Assembly (NCBI GenBank): GCA_964016885.1
Contig: OZ024766.1
Coordinates: 17,484,001 to 17,548,000 of the forward strand
Source of the DNA: Eledone cirrhosa
Lineage: Eukaryota
Length of the DNA: 64,000 nucleotides
Reading direction: 5' to 3'
Part shown: positions 57,128-64,000 of the stretch, one piece after another
Numbering within the stretch: the first letter of the stretch is position 1
How the letters are laid out: each line of letters begins with the position of its first letter
Program-made: the position numbers and the translations under genes
The notes under the pieces: generated by a model
The model's input: the letters and a program-made list of their open reading frames with translations, nothing else
Databases searched by the model: none
What the model was told of the DNA's origin: nothing

Positions 57128-59585
57128 TGGAGGCACATGGCTTAGTGGTTAGAGCATTGGACTTGCAATCGAAAGGCTGTGAGTTCAATTCTCAGACCGG
57201 GTGATGTGTTGTTTCCTTGAGCAAGACACTTTATTTCACATTGCTCCAGTTTACTCAGCTGTAGAAATGAGATGGGACTGGGGTCCCTATCATTCCACTG
57301 CAAAGTGGTCGTGTAGGTGCCACAGCAAAACAAAGCACACAGCCAACACTGTAAAGTGGTCGTGGAGGTGCGACGGCAAAAAAGCACCCAGCACTCACTG
57401 TAAAGTGGTCGTGGAGGTGCCACGGCAAAAAAGCACCCAGCACTCACTGTAAAGTGGTCGTGGAGGTGCCACGGCAAAAAAGCACCCAGCACTCACTGTA
57501 AAGTGGTCGTGGAGGTGCCACAGCAAAGAAGCACCCAGCACTCACTGTAAAGTGGTCGTGGAGGTGCCACGGCAAAAAAGCACCCAGCACTCACTGTAAA
57601 GTGGTCGTGGAGGTGCCACGGCAAAAAAGCACCCAGCACTCACTGTAAAGTGGTCGTGGAGGTGCCACGGCAAAAAAAGCACCCAGCACTCACTGTAAAG
57701 TGGTCGTGGAGGTGCCACGGCAAAAAAGCACCCAGCACTCACTGTAAAGTGGTCGTGGAGGTGCCACAGCAAAAAAGCACCCAGCACTCACTGTAAAGTG
57801 GTCGTGGAGGTGCCACGGCAAAAAAGCACCCAGCACTCACTGTAAAGTGGTCGTGGAGGTGCCACGGCAAAAAAGGACCCAGCACTCACTGTAAAGTGGT
57901 TGTGGAGGTGCCACGGCAAAAAAAGCACCCAGCACTCACTGTAAAGTGGTCGTGGAGGTGCCACGGCAAAAAAGCACCCAGCCAACACTGTAAAGTGGTC
58001 GTGGAGGTGCCACGGCAAAAAAGCACCCAGCCAACACTGTAAAGTGGTCGTGGAGGTGCCACGGCAAAAAAGCACCCAGCACTCACTGTAAAGTGGTCGT
58101 GGAGGTGCCACGGCAAAAAAGCACCCAGCACTCACTGTAAAGTGGTCGTGGAGGTGCCACGGCAAAAAAAGCACCCAGCACTCACTGTAAAGTGGTCGTG
58201 GAGGTGCCACGGCAAAAAAGCACCCAGCACTCACTGTAAAGTGGTCGTGGAGGTGCCACGGCAAAAAAGGACCCAGCACTCACTGTAAAGTGGTTGTGGA
58301 GGTGCCACGGCAAAAAAAGCACCCAGCACTCACTGTAAAGTGGTCGTGGAGGTGCCACGGCAAAAAAGCACCCAGCCAACACTGTAAAGTGGTCGTGGAG
58401 GTGCCACGGCAAAAAAGCACCCAGCCAACACTGTAAAGTGGTCGTGGAGGTGCCACGGCAAAAAAGCACCCAGCACTCACTGTAAAGTGGTCGTGGAGGT
58501 GCCACGGCAAAAAAGCACCCAGCACTCACTGTAAAGTGGTCGTGGAGGTGCCACGGCAAAAAAAGCACCCAGCACTCACTGTAAAGTGGTCGTGGAGGTG
58601 CCACGGCAAAAAAGCACCCAGCACTCACTGTAAAGTGGTCGTGGAGGTGCCACAGCAAAAAAGCACCCAGCACTCACTGTAAAGTGGTCGTGGAGGTGCC
58701 ACGGCAAAAAAGCACCCAGCACTCACTGTAAAGTGGTCGTGGAGGTGCCACGGCAAAAAAGGACCCAGCACTCACTGTAAAGTGGTTGTGGAGGTGCCAC
58801 GGCAAAAAAAGCACCCAGCACTCACTGTAAAGTGGTCGTGGAGGTGCCACGGCAAAAAAGCACCCAGCCAACACTGTAAAGTGGTCGTGGAGGTGCCACG
58901 GCAAAAAAGCACCCAGCCAACACTGTAAAGTGGTCGTGGAGGTGCCACGGCAAAAAAGCACCCAGCACTCACTGTAAAGTGGTCGTGGAGGTGCCACGGC
59001 AAAAAAGCACCCAGCACTCACTGTAAAGTGGTCGTGGGGGTGCCATGGCAAAAAAGCACCCAGCACTCACTGTAAAGTGGTCGTGGAGGTGCCACAACAA
59101 AAAGCACCCAGCACTCACTGTAAAGTGGTCGTGGAGGTGCCACGGCAAAAAAGCACCCAGCACTCACTGTAAAGTGGTCGTGGAGGTGCCATGGCAAAAA
59201 AGCACCCAGCACTCACTGTAAAGTGGTTGTGGAGGTGCCACAGCAAAAAAAGCACCCAGCACTCACTGTAAAGTGGTTGTGGAGGTGCCACAGCAAAAAA
59301 AGCACCCAGCACTCACTGTAAAGTGGTCGTGGAGGTGCCACGGCAAAAAAGCACCCAGCACTCACTGTAAAGTGGTCGTGGAGGTACCACAGCAAAAAAG
59401 CACCCAGCACTCACTGTAAAGTGGTCGTGGAGGTGCCACGGCAAAAAAGCTCCCAGCACTCACTGTAAATGAGGTTGGTGTTAGGAAGGGCATCCAGCTG
59501 TAGAAATCAAGCCAGAATCAGTTCCCGTCCCACCCTTGCAAGCAGGGAGAAGCGGACGTAAGATGAAATGATGATGATGATGATA
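57128..59585 (+). mobile_element. SINE family A, full length with ~44 internal 49-bp units
   Basis: A/B boxes within 57138-57191, array ~57298-59460, tail ending 'gatgaaatgatgatgatg'. Confidence 0.92.
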
Positions 59586-59734
59586 TATGTGTGTGACTGA
59601 AGTAATTCCGGTCGGAAAGGTCCAGGAAAAAAGAGTGCTCTATGTAGGTTACAGAGCTTAATAGTTATGTAATAAACAACATAAGATAATTATTTCATTT
59701 ACCAGTGGTTCCTCAATGGCCATCAATGTTTCAC

Positions 59735-60245
59735 TTACAGTTTGGCGCGCCAGATGCGTGGTATGTTACACGATGACAGCAATTGGCGCCTCACCCTGCA
59801 AGAAGCAGCAGCTGCTAAAGTCCCCTCTCAGCTGCGAAAACTTTTTGCTATTATGCTGCACAACTGCGATCTCGCCGGCCCTCTCGCACTGTGGAACAAC
59901 CACCGCGAAAGTCTAGCCGGGGATATCCTCCACCGCACGCGCAGACACAATCCAAACGTAACATACGATGTTGTTTTCAATGAGGCGCTCATTTGTCTTG
60001 AAAACAGAGTCCTGGAGATTGGTGGTCGGCCTCTAAGTCACTACAGCTTACCTGCTCCTGACAGGAGTGTCCAGAGGTCAACGTCTACAGAGCTCCGTGA
60101 GACGAGCTAGGAGAAAAAGTGCTTCTTCTGCCATGGTCAATTGTATGTAGGATGCTCTAGGGTGAGCTCGCCAAACAATCTTTGCTCATCTTTGCTCCGG
60201 AGGGCCGAATAAAACATTGTATACTCTGAGGCTCTAACAATGTAA
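59735..60245 (+). mobile_element. Internally deleted Helitron Rep/helicase remnant
   Basis: 'RGMLHDDSNWRLTLQEA...PSQLRKLFAIML...LW...DIL' (Rep-Hel linker) is followed in frame, after a TAG, by 'CFFCHGQLYVGCSRV' (Pif1 motif VI) and a frameshifted 'NIVYSEAL'. Confidence 0.88.
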
Positions 60246-60383
60246 TTTAAATATTTTCTGTTACTTGGAATTTCCATTATGGTTGTACAAATTATTGTTT
60301 CTAAAAAATTTGTTCTCTGTTCAGTCTTTATTGTTGTAACTATCAATTTTCTTTAATGTACTGGCTGCTGAACTGGGGAACCC

Positions 60384-63300
60384 GTAAATGTTATGTGAGG
60401 TAAAGCCTTTACTGTGAAAATACAATAGTATATATAGAGTAATGTAAATGTTATGTGAGGTAAAGCCTTTGCTGTGAAAATACAATAGTATATATAGAGT
60501 AATGTAAATGTTATGTGAGATATTATGTGAGGTAAAGCCTTTACTGTGACAATACAATAGTATATATAGAGTAATGTAGATGTTATGTGAGATATGTGAG
60601 GTAAAGCCTTTACTGTGAAAATATAATAGTATATATAGAGTAATGTAAATGTTATGAGATATTATGTGAGGTAAAGCCTTTACTGTGAAAATATAATAGT
60701 ATATATAGAGTAATGTGAATGTTATGTGAGGTAAAGCCTTTACTGTGAAAATACAATAGTATATATAGAGTAATGTAAATGTTATGAGATATTATGTGAG
60801 GTAAAGCCTTTACTGTGAAAATACAATAGTATATATAGAGTAATGTAAATGTTATGTGAGGTAAAGCCTTTACTGTGAAAATACAATAGTATATATAGAG
60901 TAATGTAAATGTTATGTGTGATATTATGTGAGGTAAAGCCTTTACTGTGACAATACAATAGTATATATAGAGTAATGTAGATGTTATGTGAGATATGTGA
61001 GGTAAAGCCTTTACTGTGAAAATATAATAGTATATATAGAGTAATGTAAATGTTATGAGATGTTATGTGAGGTAAAGCCTTTACTGTGAAAATATAATAG
61101 TATATATAGAGTAATGTGAATGTTATGTGAGGTAAAGCCTTTACTGTGACAATACAATAGTATATATAGAGTAATGTAAATGTTATGTGTGATATTATGT
61201 GAGGTAAAGCCTTTACTGTGAAAATATAATAGTATATATAGAGTAATGTGAATGTTATGTGAGGTAAAGCCTTTACTGTGACAATACAATAGTATATATA
61301 GAGTAATGTAAATGTTATGTGTGATATTATGTGAGGTAAAGCCTTTACTGTGAAAATATAATAGTATATATAGAGTAATGTGAATGTTATGTGAGGTAAA
61401 GCCTTTACTGTGACAATACAATAGTATATATAGAGTAATGTAAATGTTATGTGAGGTAAAGCCTTTACTGTGACAATACAATAGTATATATAGAGTAATG
61501 TAAATGTTATGTGAGATATTATGTGAGGTAAAGCCTTTACTGTGACAATACAATAGTATATATAGAGTAATGTAAATGTTATGTGAGATATTATGTGAGG
61601 TAAAGCCTTTACTGTGACAATACAATAGTATATATAGAGTAATGTAAATGTTATGTGAGATATTATGTGAGGTAAAGCCTTTACTGTGACAATACAATAG
61701 TATATATAGAGTAATGTAAATGTTATGTGAGATATTATGTGAGGTAAAGCCTTTACTGTGACAATACAATAGTATATATAGAGTAATGTAAATGTTATGC
61801 GAGATATTATGTGAGGTAAAGCCTTTACTGTGACAATACAATAGTATATATAGAGTAATGTAAATGTTATGTGAGATATTATGTGAGGTAAAGCCTTTAC
61901 TGTGACAATACAATAGTATATATAGAGTAATGTAAATGTTATGTGAGATATTATGTGAGGTAAAGCCTTTACTGTGACAATACAATAGTATATATAGAGT
62001 AATGTAAATGGTATGTGAGGTTAAGCCTTTACTGTGACAATACAATAGTATATATAGAGTAATGTAAATGTTATGTGAGATATTATGTGAGGTAAAGCCT
62101 TTACTGTGACAATACAATAGTATATATAGAGTAATGTAAATGTTATGTGAGGTATTATGTGAGGTAAAGCCTTTACTGTGACAATACAATAGTATATATA
62201 GAGTAATGTAAATGTTATGTGAGATATTATGTGAGGTAAAGCCTTTACTGTGACAATACAATAGTATATATAGAGTAATGTAAATGTTATGTGAGGTATT
62301 ATGTGAGGTAAAGCCTTTACTGTGACAATACAATAGTATATATAGAGTAATGTAAATGTTATGTGAGATATTATGTGAGGTAAAGCCTTTACTGTGACAA
62401 TACAATAGTATATATAGAGTAATGTAAATGTTATGTGAGGTATTATGTGAGGTAAAGCCTTTACTGTGACAATACAATAGTATATATAGAGTAATGTAAA
62501 TGTTATGTGAGATATTATGTGAGGTAAAGCCTTTACTGTGACAATACAATAGTATATATAGAGTAATGTAAATGTTATGTGAGGTAAAGCCTTTACTGTG
62601 ACAATACAATAGTATATATAGAGTAATGTAAATGTTATGTGTGATATTATGTGAGGTAAAGCCTTTACTGTGACAATACAATAGTATATATAGAGTAATG
62701 TAAATGTTATGTGAGGTAAAGCCTTTACTGTGACAATACAATAGTATATATAGAGTAATGTAAATGTTATGTGAGATATTATGTGAGGTAAAGCCTTTAC
62801 TGTGACAATACAATAGTATATATAGAGTAATGTAAATGTTATGTGAGATATTATGTGAGGTAAAGCCTTTACTGTGACAATACAATAGTATATATAGAGT
62901 AATGTAAATATTATGTGAGGTAAAGCCTTTACTGTGACAATACAATAGTATATATAGAGTAATGTAAATGTTATGTGAGATATTATGTGAGGTAAAGCCT
63001 TTACTGTGACAATACAATAGTATATATAGAGTAATGTAAATGTTATGCGAGATATTATGTGAGGTAAAGCCTTTACTGTGACAATACAATAGTATATATA
63101 GAGTAATGTAAATGTTATGTGAGATATTATGTGAGGTAAAGCCTTTACTGTGACAATACAATAGTATATATAGAGTAATGTAAATGTTATGTGAGATATT
63201 ATGTGAGGTAAAGCCTTTACTGTGACAATACAATAGTATATATAGAGTAATGTAAATGTTATGTGAGATATTATGTGAGGTAAAGCCTTTACTGTGACAA

Positions 63301-63453
63301 TACAATAGTATATATAGAGTAATGTAAATGGTATGTGAGGTTAAGCCTTTACTGTGACAATACAATAGTATATATAGAGTAATGTAAATGTTATGTGAGG
63401 TATTATGTGAGGTTAAGCCTTTACTGTGACAATACAATAGTATATATAGAGTA
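60384..63453. repeat. 60/72-bp satellite, array 3 (~45 units)
   Basis: Same unit as arrays 1 and 2. Confidence 0.96.
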
Positions 63454-63484
63454 GAGGGCATATTGTCTATATGCTTCAGCATGT

Positions 63485-64000
63485 ACCCATGGGAGGTCGG
63501 GTACTCTGTATTACTGCGTGACGCCAGAGGTCATGGTCGTGTGTCATCGCCTTTGAGAGGTGTAATTGGGTAAGGTCGGCTTTTATCACCTCATCCCAGG
63601 TCATCTTGGGTCTCCCCACTCCGCGGTTTCCATCGACTTCAATATGTAGTAAAGGAGTGGGCACAAACTCCATACGATGGGCACAATGTAAATGTTGGGT
63701 ACATACACAAAAGATCATCATCATCATCATCATCAACGTTTAACGTCCGTGTTCCACGCTTGCATGGGTTTGGACGGGGGTTTTCCCACTTGAGGCAAGA
63801 GTGATTGTCTTGCTCGCATAGGACTGTCTGGCGGGTTTTCTACAGTTGGATGCCCTTCCTAACACCAACCACATTTACAGTGTGGGGCTGGGAGGTTTTT
63901 ACCGTGTTGCCTACACGGCCACATTACAGCGTGGACTGTCTGGCGGGTTTTCTACAGCTGGATGCCCTTCCTAACACCAACCACATTTACAGTGTGGGGC
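63485..64000 (-). mobile_element. RTE-type LINE 3' fragments (RT C-terminus and a separate UTR/tail)
   Basis: 'GRPKMTWDEVIKADL...DHDLWRHAV' at 63485-63645; 63716-64000 closely matches the tail at 25461-25680. Confidence 0.8.

Noticed and set aside
57128-57200. tRNA gene
   Set aside because: A/B boxes run into the SINE body in all copies; these are SINE heads.
61053-63482. 809-aa and 362/368-aa Cys/His-containing repeat ORFs; resemblance of 'tgtgaggtaaagcctttact' to CGKAFT codons
   Set aside because: Unit lengths are multiples of 3 so open frames arise by chance; no TGEKP linker or His spacing; the TTAA-CCC end suggests a transposon origin instead.

Overview
Eukaryotic, AT-rich, repeat-dense genomic DNA. 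The long KRAB-less C2H2 zinc-finger exons, tRNA-SINE families and very large (TA)n tracts suggest an octopus/cephalopod genome (inference). Intact genes: two paralogous C2H2 zinc-finger coding exons (28278-29879, 18 fingers; 50182-51741, 17 fingers). Other coding remnants: a 7.6-kb intronless, disrupted multi-beta-propeller (NHL-like) gene on the minus strand with a 4x ~1.04-kb internal tandem duplication, several RTE-type LINE fragments, and an internally deleted Helitron. Repeats include two tRNA-derived SINE families and several satellites born from SINE, LINE or zinc-finger sequence. The main hidden signal is more than a dozen type-I hammerhead ribozyme (HHR) motifs from about seven unrelated sequence families. 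They occur in a ~420-bp tandem array (retrozyme / Penelope pseudo-LTR-like, 45571-46946), in long foldback palindromes that place a ribozyme motif on each strand, and as solo motifs in (TA)n tracts. All structures were read by eye; no folding or database search was run. Most ORFs in the supplied track are repeat artefacts.
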